This document shows, one piece after another, positions 26,571 through 39,656 of a DNA stretch of 64,000 nt. The notes below the pieces were generated by a model. It saw nothing but the letters and a program-made list of their open reading frames with translations. It was not told the origin of the DNA and did not search any database. Origin of the DNA: Eledone cirrhosa. Its lineage: Eukaryota. Position 1 is the stretch's first letter; every line of letters starts with the position of its first letter. The position numbers and the translations under genes are program-made. The stretch covers positions 139,004,001 through 139,068,000 of the forward strand of contig OZ024741.1 of the NCBI GenBank assembly GCA_964016885.1, in the 5' to 3' direction.

Positions 26571-26936
26571 CCGGCCCTTTTTGGCATGGCCGAATAGTCC
26601 TTCACTTTTTTGTCTTTTTCATATAATATACATTCTTTCCTCTACTTTCATATTCAGCCAGATCTGCCCTTCTTTACACCTCGCCCCTTTTCATTAGTTA
26701 ATTTTGTTTTCATTTTTTATAGTTGAAATAATATGTTTATGTATAACACATAACAAAATAAAATGTATTATTATTAAGGAATAATAAAATCAAAAGAATA
26801 AAAGTAACAACACGGAGCGCAAAAAATAAAGGAAATGCAGTTGTAAATGTTTTAAATTACTTAAGTTGAGATCGTGTCTTGAAACTGAAAGTACTAATTA
26901 GTGGAGAAGATAGTTCAGCTATTACTACACGCGCAA

Positions 26937-27030
<94 letters not shown>

Positions 27031-28081
27031 GTATATACATATATATATATTTACACATATATATATTAATACATGCATACATACATACATACATACATAC
27101 ATACATACATACATACATACATACATACATACATACATACATACATACATACATAAATACATACATACATACATACATTAAGTCACTCTCTCATGTGCGC
27201 ACATTATTATACACACATATATTCACACACATATGCACAGAAACTGTGAGATTCATTTTTCTTTTGTCTGGCGAGGTGCCATAATATTCATTGTATTTCA
27301 TGAAATGAAATAAAAGTGAATATAACAGTATTTGTAATTGTGTTTTTAATGGTTAAAATGTTACTTTAATGATATTGTTGCAACTGATTTATATTTTCAA
27401 TAAGTTTTGTAAATACAAAGATGATGACAATGTCTCACATTCAAAGAAACAAACGTAGAAAATGTGAGGATCTATGTCCCAAGAATAGGCCCAGGCACAA
27501 CATAACATCGATCAAAATGCAATGTTCTGCCGGAATGTTCCAGCCCTCCACAATGAATCCGCTAACGCTGATCCAGATCAAAATTGATTTGGATCAGGTG
27601 GGATTGCAATCACTGAGTCAAAATCAATGCGTGTCCAGTGGTTCCATATAAGCAATAAAGAACATATAACCTAATTTGTGTATGGTTCCAACTACCTCAC
27701 GATTGTATTCTGTGATTACTCCTTTTTCTTATATAAATGAATTACCCCCTCTCATTTCTCTCACCCCTACCTGACCACCCTGAATTACCTCCCCCTGCAT
27801 ATTAAATCTCTAAAAAGGGAAATCATATCAAACCCCAGACTACCATCTGCCTCCATTAAGCGCTCTTGCCATAATAACACATTTTGAACTGCTTATCATC
27901 AAGAACTATGCCTGTAAATAATATTATTCTTTCTTTCCCATTTCCTTAACATGTTCAACATCACATTATTTTCTCTCAAACATTTTATACCAATACAAAT
28001 TTACCCCTTTGATAATGCATAAAATGGTGAAATCGGAAATAGACAATTATTAAATATTTAAATAAATAAATAATAAATGCC

Positions 28082-30012
28082 AAATAAAAAATTTTACAAT
28101 AATATTAGTGGCAAAATTTTTATTGGTAAAAAATCGAGTTCCACATTCATAGGGTCTGGGTTCCACATTCAGAGGTCGTCGTCAGACCGGGGGGATCATT
28201 TGATCCTGGTTTGAACACCAATTGGGCCATAACCATACCCCTATTTCACCATTCGGCGACACGCCTCATGTGTCATGCATAATGTGAATGAACCCATGGG
28301 CCCATGAGCACAGATCTTGAGCAGCAGCGGACGGTCTTGTCGTCCCGCTCATCCTTGATCTTGACCAACCCGTCCATCTTCTCCTTGCATCTTGTCCTTG
28401 AGTTCAAGTCCGGCAGTCCAGATGAATGCGTGCCACAGCTTTCTGGTACAGGAAGGGGGAGCAGGAGGACTGGAGGGATGACGGGACAGAGGGAGGGAGG
28501 ACCGGTGGTTGAGGGAGGTGCCGTAGTCGGTGTTCAGAGTCGACATCTTGTCCCGGTAGTCTTCTCCATCTTCGTCTGGTGTTGCGGGACCAGAAGTGCA
28601 TTCTTGGAGGAGACCTGCAGCTGCATCGGCCAATTCTTCTTGCAATGGTCATTCTGACGGAGCAGAACTGCTCAGCCAACCAACCCCAACCAGAACCGAC
28701 CGCTCAGGGGCAACGCACAATGAGAGCATGACAATTATTATGCACTAATCAAGAAGATACTGGGGCATAGCACAGGAAACGAATAAAAAAATGTTGCCAC
28801 TAATATTATTGTAATTTTTTTTTATTTCTGGTCCAATTCTTTAAAGTTTTATCTTAGTTTCTTGTCCTATTCTTTTAAAGTTTTATTTTAGTTTCTTGTC
28901 CTGTATTTTTAAAGGTCTATATTCCAACAATATTACTTTTTTTTGCTGTACGCATTTTTCTATCTGGTCTACTATTTTTTAAGGCAATGCAAGCAACAAC
29001 TATCTAATAATTAAATGATCATAGTGAATTACTGACAAGTGATTGACATTTTAAAGTTCTTTTGAGTATAATTGCAATCTAGTTGAGGCAACTGGCTTAA
29101 TGACAAAGCTACGTAATTTCTGGATTACCTCCCCTAGCGTTACGCTTACTAATCACTCACTTGAACACAAGATTTATCAGCAAACTTTGATTATAAACTT
29201 TTTCCCGCTGGACCAAGTTTCTAGATTTTTAAGGCAAAAGATGCGTAATGATCTACTGTTCATGCTCATATAAGTTTTATCTCAGTTAAATAAAGTAGAG
29301 CCGCGCTGTACTGTCGTAAACAGACGATTGCCAACGAAAACACGACCACAACAATATTACTAAACGGACTACCGTCCGTTTAGGATATATTTTTTTTTAT
29401 TTAATTTTATTTCATATAAAAATCTTTTTTTATACTTATTTTAATTTTATTTTATTAATACATTTTTACACTTCTTAATCCAAGTGACCATTGCAAGAAG
29501 AATTGGCCGATGCAGCTGCAGGTCTCCTCCAAGAATGCACTTCTGGTCCCGCAACACCAGACGAAGATGGAGAAGACGACCGGGACAAGATGTCGACTCT
29601 GACCACCGACTACGGCACCTCCCTCAACCACCGGTCCTCCCTCCCTCTGTCCCGTAAATATTTTGTTTTAAACATTTTCTAACCCACAAAAAAGAGAACA
29701 AAATATATTTTTCTTCCTACTAATCATCTTTTTCTCCCTATTTTCATATATATATATATTTTTTTAAATATAATTTTATTTCATATAAAAATCTTTTTTT
29801 ATACTTATTTTAATTTTATTTTATTAATACATTTTTACACTTCTTAATCCAAGTTTTAGTATTTAAACCCAATATAAAATAATATACCCAGTTTCTATAT
29901 TTTAGACCTCTACTATTTGAACACCATCTATAATATTCGCACATACACCTCATCAATTTACTTTTTAGCCGTTATTTACAGATGTTTTTATTTTGACAGC
30001 GTTCCTGATAAA

Positions 30013-30073
<61 letters not shown>

Positions 30074-30107
30074 TTCTCTATCTCTCTCTCTCTCTCTCGC
30101 TCTCTCA

Positions 30108-30145
<38 letters not shown>

Positions 30146-30420
30146 TCCTTCTTTATTTTTCCTTTTTTCCTCTCTTCACTTTCTTTTTCCTTTTTCTCCT
30201 TCTTCTTCCCATTTTTTCTATTTTCCTATCTTTTTCTTACTCTTATATTTTATGTCATATGTAGTCTTTGCACTTTCCTGTAAACAAGTGTGTTTAGGCC
30301 TCATATCATGTTACCTTATTTTTTCTGATGAGAACACAATTTTTGTTCCGGGATGATGTTGTTTTCGAAATGCGCATAATAAAATATGTGGAACTTCTTT
30401 AACCCTCTTTTAATTTCTTC
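28082..30420. mobile_element. Rearranged PLE-like composite with nested inverted and direct duplications
   Basis: 21-bp IR at 28094-28114/28794-28814, 171-bp inverted duplication at 28481-28651/29485-29655, 84-bp direct repeat at 29402-29485/29771-29854, and a hammerhead near the 3' end. Confidence 0.5.
30317..30386 (+). ncRNA. Minimal type I hammerhead with palindromic stem III
   Basis: UAUUUUUU-CUGAUGA-GAACACAA..UUGUUUUC-GAAA-UGCGCA-UA-AUAAAAUA. Confidence 0.7.
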
Positions 30421-30427
30421 TTTTATA

Positions 30428-30495
<68 letters not shown>

Positions 30496-30959
30496 GATGG
30501 CTGCAACGTCGGCTAAGAGTACTGCAATCGCTTATCAGGTTATAGAGTTTGGTGTAGTTTAGGCTACGGCTAGCCACACAAACCTGAAACATATCCTGTA
30601 CAAGCAAAGTCTGTGCTTTGAAGTTGGGAAAGGCCTTGCACTCAACCAATCCCATCGAAAATACCACCGAAAAGGGAGAACTGGTCAACATCATCGATTG
30701 CTTCCGAAGCCGTAGGTTTTTTCTCAGGGTTTTCCTTTTTAGAAAGTTGTTGTGATAACAACTGAGGGCCTTTCAATCCCAGGTGAAAAAAAAATACTAT
30801 TCAGAAAAGTACTATATATATATTAACATAACAGATTAAAGTTTAAGCAAAGAATCGCTGCTTTCTGCTCTAGGGTTCTTATATATTTGATATATATTTA
30901 TCCTTATCGAGCCCTCTTTGGCTGTTAGTCTTCACATTTATTATTATTATTATTATTAA

Positions 30960-31082
30960 AGTTAATCCCGCCGAGGTTAACTTTGCCTTTCATCTTTACG
31001 GGGTCGATAAAATAAAGTACCAGTAATGCACTGGGTAATTGCTGGCCTTGTGCATAAAGTAGAAACAATTATTATTATTATT
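30960..31082 (+). mobile_element. 5'-truncated SINE, family 1, with (TTA)n tail
   Basis: SINE core flanked by (TTA)n on both sides. Confidence 0.85.
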
Positions 31083-31083
31083 T

Positions 31084-34000
31084 GCGACCTAAGTAGTAAA
31101 TATTATCATCGTGAGCTCCGCAAAGGTTTGTTATTTTCAGTTGTTTAAAATTGCTATTTATGGAAAATCTTTATTGTTAACTGTATATAAGTGCACATAC
31201 ATTGTTTTCTGAAAAGGACACTCAAAAAGATTGGGGCCTTGAGCCCAAAATTTAAACTTTTATAATTATTAAAAAAAAAAAAATTCTTTGAAAAATTATG
31301 GCCGACTCACAGCTGAACCCAGTAGCTGAGAGCCTTCCTCACAAACTAACACCTCACACCGACACCACCATTGTAAATATTACTACGTTTGCCAACACTA
31401 AAAGTATAAGCAGTAGCAATATTTTAAATTTGTCTCAGGCAGACGTTCATTTCCCACCACTACCAATGACTGCAGGTGTTGAAGCCACGACCCCACCACT
31501 ACCACAGCGACAACAGAAACAAAAGAAAAAAATAAATTATCTCGTGATATCGAAACGAATTCAGCCAAAATGAACTCTTCCACACCGAACACCACTGACG
31601 CCTCCACCACCACAACTTAAACTAAAATTAACAATAACAAAAATAAAGATAACAACAACAGCAACAATGAGAATAAGAAAACCCTGTCTTTTGCCAGAGT
31701 AGCAAAAAAGTGCGAAGCATTCCAGGTAACTCAGGAGGAATTAGAAGAAGCCAAACAAATGGTAAAGAAAAATAGGTACAGGGTCAGCCTCACCTCCCAC
31801 CTAATAAAATGGAGCATCGGCGCCTATCCACAGTGTCTTATCGGACGATTAACATAAAATAACGCCGAGTGGAACGGGCATCCGAGTCCCAAATCCAAAA
31901 AGCTTTGGGACATGTGTGGGCAAAAAAGTAACACATTGGACGAGGACAGAAATATGGAACCGTGGACGTGTTCTTTGAAACACCACAGGAGGCCACAGCA
32001 CACTCCATGGCCCCATTAAGAAGTGACGACTTCACACTCGTCCCAAGCTAGAGACTCGTGAAGATCAGGGTGACCCACGTTCCACCGGCCATCGAAATTC
32101 CCTGGCTAATGGCTGCCGTCCTCGCCGGATTCGAAGCCAACACCAAGAAAATCGAAATAACGAAAGAAAAGCAGGAGAACTGGTCCGGATCTGGGATGGA
32201 GCTCCTGTTCCAAGCGGACCAAAAAAGCATTGAGGAGATCCCAGAGGTAATAGACCTCACTGACGGCAGCCACCTCACCGTAATCGTCCAGGGCAGAAGG
32301 CCTAGGTGTGTCGTTTGTGGTGAAGGAACCCACCTAAGGGCTTTCTGCCCTCAGGCTAAAAGGTCGAGGCCACCTCTCTTACCCACACCAGTGACACAAC
32401 CATCAACACCACCAGCAGCAGAAATGGCAGCAACAACTGTAGCAGCAACAACAGAAGGAACTGTAACAGCAACAACCCCAGGAACAGTAGCAAAACCTAC
32501 ACCACCACCACCCAACGCGCCAGAAGTAGCACCAGTGCCTACACCATCCACCACGCCACAACCAAAACCAACGCCTGTAGACGATTTTCCACTCCCCGGC
32601 TTATCGCAACTGGAGACAGATTGTGACGACGAGGAGTGGAAAACGCTAACAGGAAAAAATAAAAAAATAAACCAAAAAAGAAAAAAATTATCTTCCTTCC
32701 CCTCCAAAAACAAAATACAGAGGGAAACAAATAAATTATCAAACAAAAAATTTAGGACAAATATGCCACCATCCACACCAGCATCACCAACCCCATCACC
32801 ACAAACACCATCATTAATCCAACACCACCATCACCAACACCACAAAAGCCACCAAAAAGCGTAACAGAAAGAAACCCACAACAAACGCAAACAAAAAAAA
32901 CCAACCAAACCGATACACACTACACAGCATTAAATTTGAACAACAACCAATTATTACACTACATGCAACACAACACCAGCATCACAGAAAAAGACTACAC
33001 AACAACCCAAAAGTTCACACCACCTACACACATACAAATCTCTCGCATCACACAGAAAACGTACACGACACTAAAACAAAAATTCCCCAAAGACATCGGA
33101 GACTTCCGACAAACACTCTCCAGGAGGATTTATAAGGACATCCTTCCGGAGGAGGCCACAAGCAGTGAAAAGGTTGGACAGACCATCCTTCCTCTACGAG
33201 AAGTAAGGTAAGTGGTCTTTCCCATCTTTTTACACTCCATTTAAACATGACCTCACTCAGAATAGGCTGCATAAATGCGCGTGGCTTAGGATCGTCATGG
33301 AAGCAGGGCCACCTTCTCAACGACCTCAGGCCACTAGACATAGATGTAGTGGCCATCAGCGAGAGCAGAATCTCCGAAGCACGGGCATTCGCACCGATCT
33401 TCGGCGGCTACGATGTGTACGCATCTCCCAGCCGTCCTGGAACGGGGGGAAGAGTTGCTGTGCTTTTTCGGAGAGGTTTGGATCTCGCCATACGGGCCAT
33501 CTTCCTGGACCCAGAGGGTAAGTTGGTGGTGCTACACGTGACCATCGGAGACAGGCCAGCTTTCAGGCTAATGGCCGACTATGCCCCGATAGGGGCAGGG
33601 CGGCCTGATTTATTCCGGCGTCTGGAGACCTTTCTTGAAACGTCCCGCTCTTTAGTGTTAGTGGGCGACTGGGACGGGATCTTAGATGCACGCTGGGACT
33701 GTGTGGGATTATCGGATAGGGGAGGAGGGTGCAAGAGCCTCACCAACCTGCTCAGGCGTTTTGAACTGTCTGACAGGTACCGATTGGATTTCCCGAATGT
33801 TCCAATGTGGACTTGGACAAATCGCATAAGGTCATCCAGATCATATCTAGATAGAGTATTTTGTAGGGAAATAGATATGTCTAGCATAGGCTGTCCACAA
33901 TTCAAGATAGTCAGCTACACGGACCGCAAATTCGTGATTTGTGTGCTTGACTTAGATAGGCTTCATATACGAGGACCCGGCAACTGGAAGCTAAACGCGT

Positions 34001-36907
34001 CCTTACCAGCGCGCAAGGCCTACAGAGACCGGATTAGTTAAGTGGGCGTTGACGGGGGCCATCGTCAACACCAAGTGGTGGTTTGCTCTGAAAAGAGCAA
34101 TTAGAATAGAGTCCATTAGGTTTAGTAAGGCTTTAGCAATAGACAAAAATAGATCAGAGGGATAATTAGTTAGAAAATTAGACGAGGCGCTTAGCAAAGG
34201 CATCGCGACCGACGTGCTTGCGGCGAAATTGGCCCTTGACCAATTCTTCAGTGCAATGCACGAAGGCTGCGTTGTCAGAGCTAGGGTGCGTGCTCTCAGA
34301 CACGAGGGGACGAAAGCCGTTCAATGGGCCCGAGTGGCGGAGGCGCGTCGTGGCAACAAAGCCACGATCCGGTCTTTGGTGGACCACGACGGGCGCATGC
34401 TACTCGATCCCGGGCAAATGTGTGAAGCTTTTCAGCGACACTTCGCTCAGCTGTTCGGGGGCAGCGGCGGGCCGGATCGAGGGATGGACTTTAGTGTCTA
34501 CCTCGACGGACTGCTGCGGCTCTTGGGCACTGAGGCGGGGTGTTGCGAAAAGCCGATAACAGCGGCTGAAGTACGGGAGGCAATGACTGGCTGCACAAGG
34601 GGTAAATCGCCTGGTTTGGTTGGTCTGCCCTATGAACTTTACGTACAGATGCCAGACTTGTTCGGAGGCCTCTTGGCGGACGTCTACTGCAATTGGCAAC
34701 AGAACGGAAGAATTCCCAGCTCTGTGAACCGAGGAGCTGTGGTGCGGCTGAGAAAGGATCCGAAGAAGGGGGATAACATAGATAATTCTAGGCCCATAAC
34801 TCTGCTAAACACAGAGTTCAAGATTTTGGCCAAGGTGCTAGCAAAGAAGTTAGCGCTTGTCGTTGGTGGTCTGGTGGGAGAGGCGTAGACATGCGCCATT
34901 CCCGACAGATCCATCCACGACAACCTCCACCTCATGCGATACATCGTTGAGAGGGTAGCTAGGGAACCTGGCACAGGTGGGTCCTGCATCAATTTAGATC
35001 AGTCGAAAGCTTTCGATAGGGTCGACCATCGTTACGTAGCGGCAGTCCTGAGGGCGGCTGGCTTTGGGCCCGTCTTCTGAGACTGGATCGCTGCCATGCA
35101 CAGCGACATCTGCACTGTGGTGAGAGTGAACGGTCACCTTTCGGAACCGTTCAACATCATGCGCTCGGTCCGCCAAGGATGTCCCCTCTCGCCCCTCTTG
35201 TACGTATTGACTCTCGAGCCATTACTGCACAACCTGGAGACGTTGAGTGGGGTCCTGTGCGAACTAGGATGCGGAAGATCCGTCTCAGCATATGCGGTCG
35301 ATGTAACCGTAGTGGTGTCGAACGCCAAACACATCGAGGCGATAGGCACTACACTAAGAGAATACGAAGCGGTGACAGGAGGAATGATCAACCAGGAAAT
35401 GTCAGTGGGCCTGCAGCTCGACACCTGGAGAGGCAGGTCCATGCCGTCCAACAGCATCGTCGGGCGGTGGACGGACGGAGCGGTTAAATTGCTCAGTGTC
35501 TGGTTCGGTCCGGATCTCCAGACGGACAAAAACTGGGACGAGGTGACGAGCAGGGTGGCTTCTCTCACCCAGAAATGGGCCGAGAGGAAGCTATACCTGA
35601 AAGGTCGAGCGGAGGTGGCTAACGCGTACATCACGTCTGTCATCTGCTACCGCCTGACCGTCGTACCTTGTCCTAAGCTCCGCCTGACTGCAATGGAGCG
35701 TTTGCTCTTTCGCTTTTTGTGGAAGGGACGCGCTCCGATGGTCAGGCGGTCCGTCTGCTGTCAACACCCGCTACGTGGAGGGCTGGGCATGCCGTGACTG
35801 ATGATACGCAGACACGCGCTCAGGCTACGACATCTCCACCTCTTCCTCGACGGTGACCAGGTGTGGTCGCCGTTTGCTAGACACGTATTTCCACAGCCCG
35901 TTTCCTTGACGGAGCTGCAGTCCTGGGTCAAGCGAAGACCGAGAGGGAGCCCATGGAGACTGGAATGTATTCAGGCGCTCACAGCCCTCGACCAATCGGG
36001 CAATGTGATAGGCAGAAACTCGACCTCGGCGTTCTATAGAGGATTAGTGGAGGGGAAGAGCGACGACGTACTTGGGGAAACTCTAGGCATCGACGAAAAT
36101 CAACTAGCCAATCTCTTCGGAAGAACTTTCGGGCCGGAACTTATGGACAACTTCCAGAAATCTTTGGCCTGTCAGTGCTAGCGAGGAGCCTTGCCAGTTC
36201 GTGATAAACTCTGCAGGCATGGAGGTGCCGTCAGCCGGGCATGTCCTAGATGCTCGCAGGTCGACGAAACTGTCCTGCACGCACTCGTCCAGTGAACGAA
36301 AATTGCTGACTTGTGGGTTTATGTCGAACACCTGCTGTCGCGTGTAGGACGGATCCGGTTATCATCTGAGTCCATCGTGAGGATTGCCCCGCCCTCTTCC
36401 TTTAGCCGGGAAGGGCAGGCAGTTTTTATCTGTATGGTGGCCATGGCGAAAGAGATAGCATGGTGGACACGTTTGAAAGGGCTGAAGACGAGCACTTACC
36501 CCTTCGGTGATGCCCTGATTAACTTTTTCAAATTTTATTTGAAAAGGAAAATCAGGGTACAGAGGGAAGTGCTCTCGTCCCAGCATTTTGTTGAAAGATG
36601 GGTGAGAGAAGCAAGAATGGCCCGATTGAATGGGCCTACTCTGAGTATTTGTCTGTAAATTAAAGGTGGAAAACTGGGAGGGGGCACTTGCCCTGGTGGT
36701 CAGGGTCACTGTGGCCTTTTCTGGGCTTTCTCCACAAATGTCCCTCCGAAGTCTCCCCCCTATTGGGGAATTTTTCATTGTTATTTTTTTGTTACATCCT
36801 CTGGTTTTGTTCTTACACGCAGAAATGCCCATTTGTACCGTCCTGTATTGTCCTGTACTGTCCTTAATGTCTATTTTATGTAAACCCTTGTGGTTAATAA
36901 AGAAAAC
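31084..36907 (+). mobile_element. Full-length, degenerate Tx1-like LINE, family B
   Basis: 5'UTR matches 39657. ORF1 fragments 31298-33211 (CVVCGEGTHLRAFC), ORF2 fragments 33247-36658, and a 3'UTR with AATAAA followed by (TTA)n. Confidence 0.95.
33247..36658 (+). pseudogene. Disrupted LINE ORF2 (APE-RT-CCHC)
   Basis: GCINARG, VGDW, RPITLLN, KAFDRVDH, RQGCPLSP, YAVD (mutated YADD) and CPRC..H; several stops and frameshifts. Confidence 0.93.
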
Positions 36908-36924
36908 ATTATTATTATTATTAT

Positions 36925-39058
36925 TTGCATTTATCTTGCTTTATGTTCATACGAGTTATCACCAAGTCACAACCAGTGACCTCAAGAGACAACAAGGTCC
37001 GCCATGTTCAAGAAAGAACATACATATTCACACATGCATCCTTAGTGTTTAGACTTGTGATGTACTTATATTGACAGGATCTTCCTTAGTATATGGGCAG
37101 TTCCCATTAGTACTATCTTTTGTATTTCTCCTATACGCGGGTTTCCTGGGATTTGCGATAAGTAGTCGTTAGACCCCTTAGGTATCATTCTCAGAGCGCC
37201 TACAACCACTGGTATTGTTTTAGTTCTCAATTTCCACATTTTTCCAATTTCTATCTCCAGGTCCTTATACTTGCTCAATTTTTCAAATGTTTTTATAGAT
37301 ACATTCTTGTCTATTGGGACAGACATATCAATTAGCAGGCATACCCTCCTTTGAAAGTCCTTCAATATTATATCAGGTCTATTTGCATCTATTTTTCGGT
37401 CTGTTTGGATGCTAAAGTTCCACAAGATTGAGATGTGATCTTTTTCAAGTATGGGAGGTGGTTGATGGGGCATGTCAAAATGCTTACACATTATCCAATG
37501 TATGTATTGTGCAGCTCTGTCATGCCTGTTTAGGTATTCGGTTGGAGCTATAGGACTGCACATTAAAATTATATGGTCAATGGTCTCTGGTTGTTTTTTA
37601 CATACACGGCATAATGGGCTGCATCCATTTTTTATTATGTTGGCTTGGTCATTTTTTGTTGGCAGACACTGATCTTGTGCTGATATAATCAATCCTTCAG
37701 TCTCCGATTTCAGTCCAGAGGATGCCAACCACTGATGGGTTAAAGTTCTGTCAACATCAGGATTGTTAGCTCATTCTGGGTATTTTCCATACAGAGGCTT
37801 TACTTGCCATTTCTTAGCCAGTTTCTGTAGCAGTTCTTTCTTTGCAGTTACTTTTACCTGCTTTGCTTTTTCTGTGTTTTCCATTTCAGCAGTAAATGGA
37901 ACTTCTGAAATGTGTAGTCGATTACTGTATCTTTGTGCATCTTTTGTAATGGAGTATGATCTTTTGATGCTTTCGTGTTTCAAAACGAGTTTGATCATCC
38001 AATCATCTGATTCCCTTAGATATGTAGATAATCCAATTGTTGCAGCTTTCAACGCAATGTCTAACTGGATTAACCCACGTCCTCCTTCTTTCCTAGGGAG
38101 ATATATTCTATCTGTATCTGCCTTAGGGTGATGCATTCTGTGCTGGGTTAAGAATTTTCGATTTTTTGTATCGAGCCTACGGATCTCTGTGCGTGACCAG
38201 TTGATGACATTGTAACTGTAGGTTACTACTGGTATGGCAAGCGTGTTTATGGCATCGATCCTATTCCTTGTATTCAATTCCGTTCTTAAGATTGCTCTTA
38301 CTCTGCGGTAACATTCCTTCCTTATCCTTTCCCTCATTGTCGAGTGCTTGATTCCGTCTCTTTCACAAACACCTAGATATTTGTTAGTTTCCTCTTGATC
38401 AAGTTCTCTTATCACATTCCCTCGATCAAGATTAATGTCTGAACTTTTCAGCAGATTTCCTCTGGTGAACGTTGATTTGGCGCATTTATCTAGTCCAAAC
38501 TCCATTGTAATGTCATCACTGAACTGCTCCACATTGGATAATAGCCCTTGCAATTGTTCATTTTTTTTGCAAATAGTTTCAGGTCATCCATGTAGAACAG
38601 GTGATTAATGGTTTTGTCATAGACTTTATATCCATGTTTTGTTTCATTGACCATTTTACTTAATGGTATAAGTGCGATGAAGAATAAAAGCGGTGATAAA
38701 GAGTCACCCTGAAAAATTCCACAATTAATATTAACTTCTCCAGCTTCCAGTGATGTTTTTTCACTATTCAAAAGGAGTGTCGTTTTCCATGTCTTCATAC
38801 TGAATGACAAAATCCTCCTGACAACGGGGGATATTTTGAAAATCTCTAAACATTTTTCAGTCCAACTGTGTGGTAAACTATCGAATGCTTTTTTATAATC
38901 TATCCAAGCAATTGATAGATTTTTGTGTCTATTATGACAATCTTCCAGTATCATTTTGTTAACCAAAAGCTGATCCTTATAGCCATATGAGCCTCGTTTA
39001 CACCCTTTCTGTTCAATGGGAAATAGGTCATTTGTTATCAGGTGGTCATATGTATATT
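36925..39058 (-). mobile_element. 5'-truncated R4/Dong-type LINE (RT, CCHC, RLE)
   Basis: WIDYKKAFDS, GIFQGDSLSP, LFYMDD, GGRGL, CRVC..H..C, RHD and NRPDI; (TAA)n tail. Confidence 0.92.
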
Positions 39059-39076
39059 CATTATTATTATTATTAC

Positions 39077-39590
39077 TCCTTGAATCTCAGTCATTGATGT
39101 TAGTTAACTGGAAAGTCCGTTGGAATGAATATCAAGCCACTACCTGCAGCCTCAGATATTCAGGACGTATCGGAGGGTTCTTGCTGTTCCCAGCAAGCAT
39201 GCCTTTTGAAGCGTTCCAAAAAGCGTGAAGGGGCCGATTTTCTTTAAAAATCCCTGGAAACTTTTGGAGAGGTCCCCAGGGCGCCTATGACAATCGGGAT
39301 CACTTTGACTTCATGGCAGTTCCAAATCCTTTTTACCTCCCACTTTAAGTCCTTGTATCGGTTAATTTTCTCCCTCTCCTTCTCTTGCACTCTCGTGTCG
39401 AATGGGCAGGCCACATCCACAATTAGAAACGATCTTTTTTCTTTGTCCACAACCACCAGGTCAGGTCTATTGTGTTCCAGTTTCTTGTCCGTCTGTATCC
39501 TAAAATCCCACAGCACCTTCACCTGATCGTTCTCCATCACCGCCTCTGGCTTATGCACATACCATTTCTCAGAATGTGGTAAATTGTTTA
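39077..39590 (-). mobile_element. Short 3' fragment of a second R4/Dong-type subfamily
   Basis: VLWDFRIQTD..HNRPDLVVVDK..IVDVACP..IPIVIGALG; (TAA)n on both sides. Confidence 0.88.
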
Positions 39591-39591
39591 C

Positions 39592-39656
<65 letters not shown>

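Noticed and set aside
28349-28645. 98-aa acidic ORF duplicated at 29491
   Set aside because: Non-ATG start, no recognisable domain, and it lies in a rearranged repeat.
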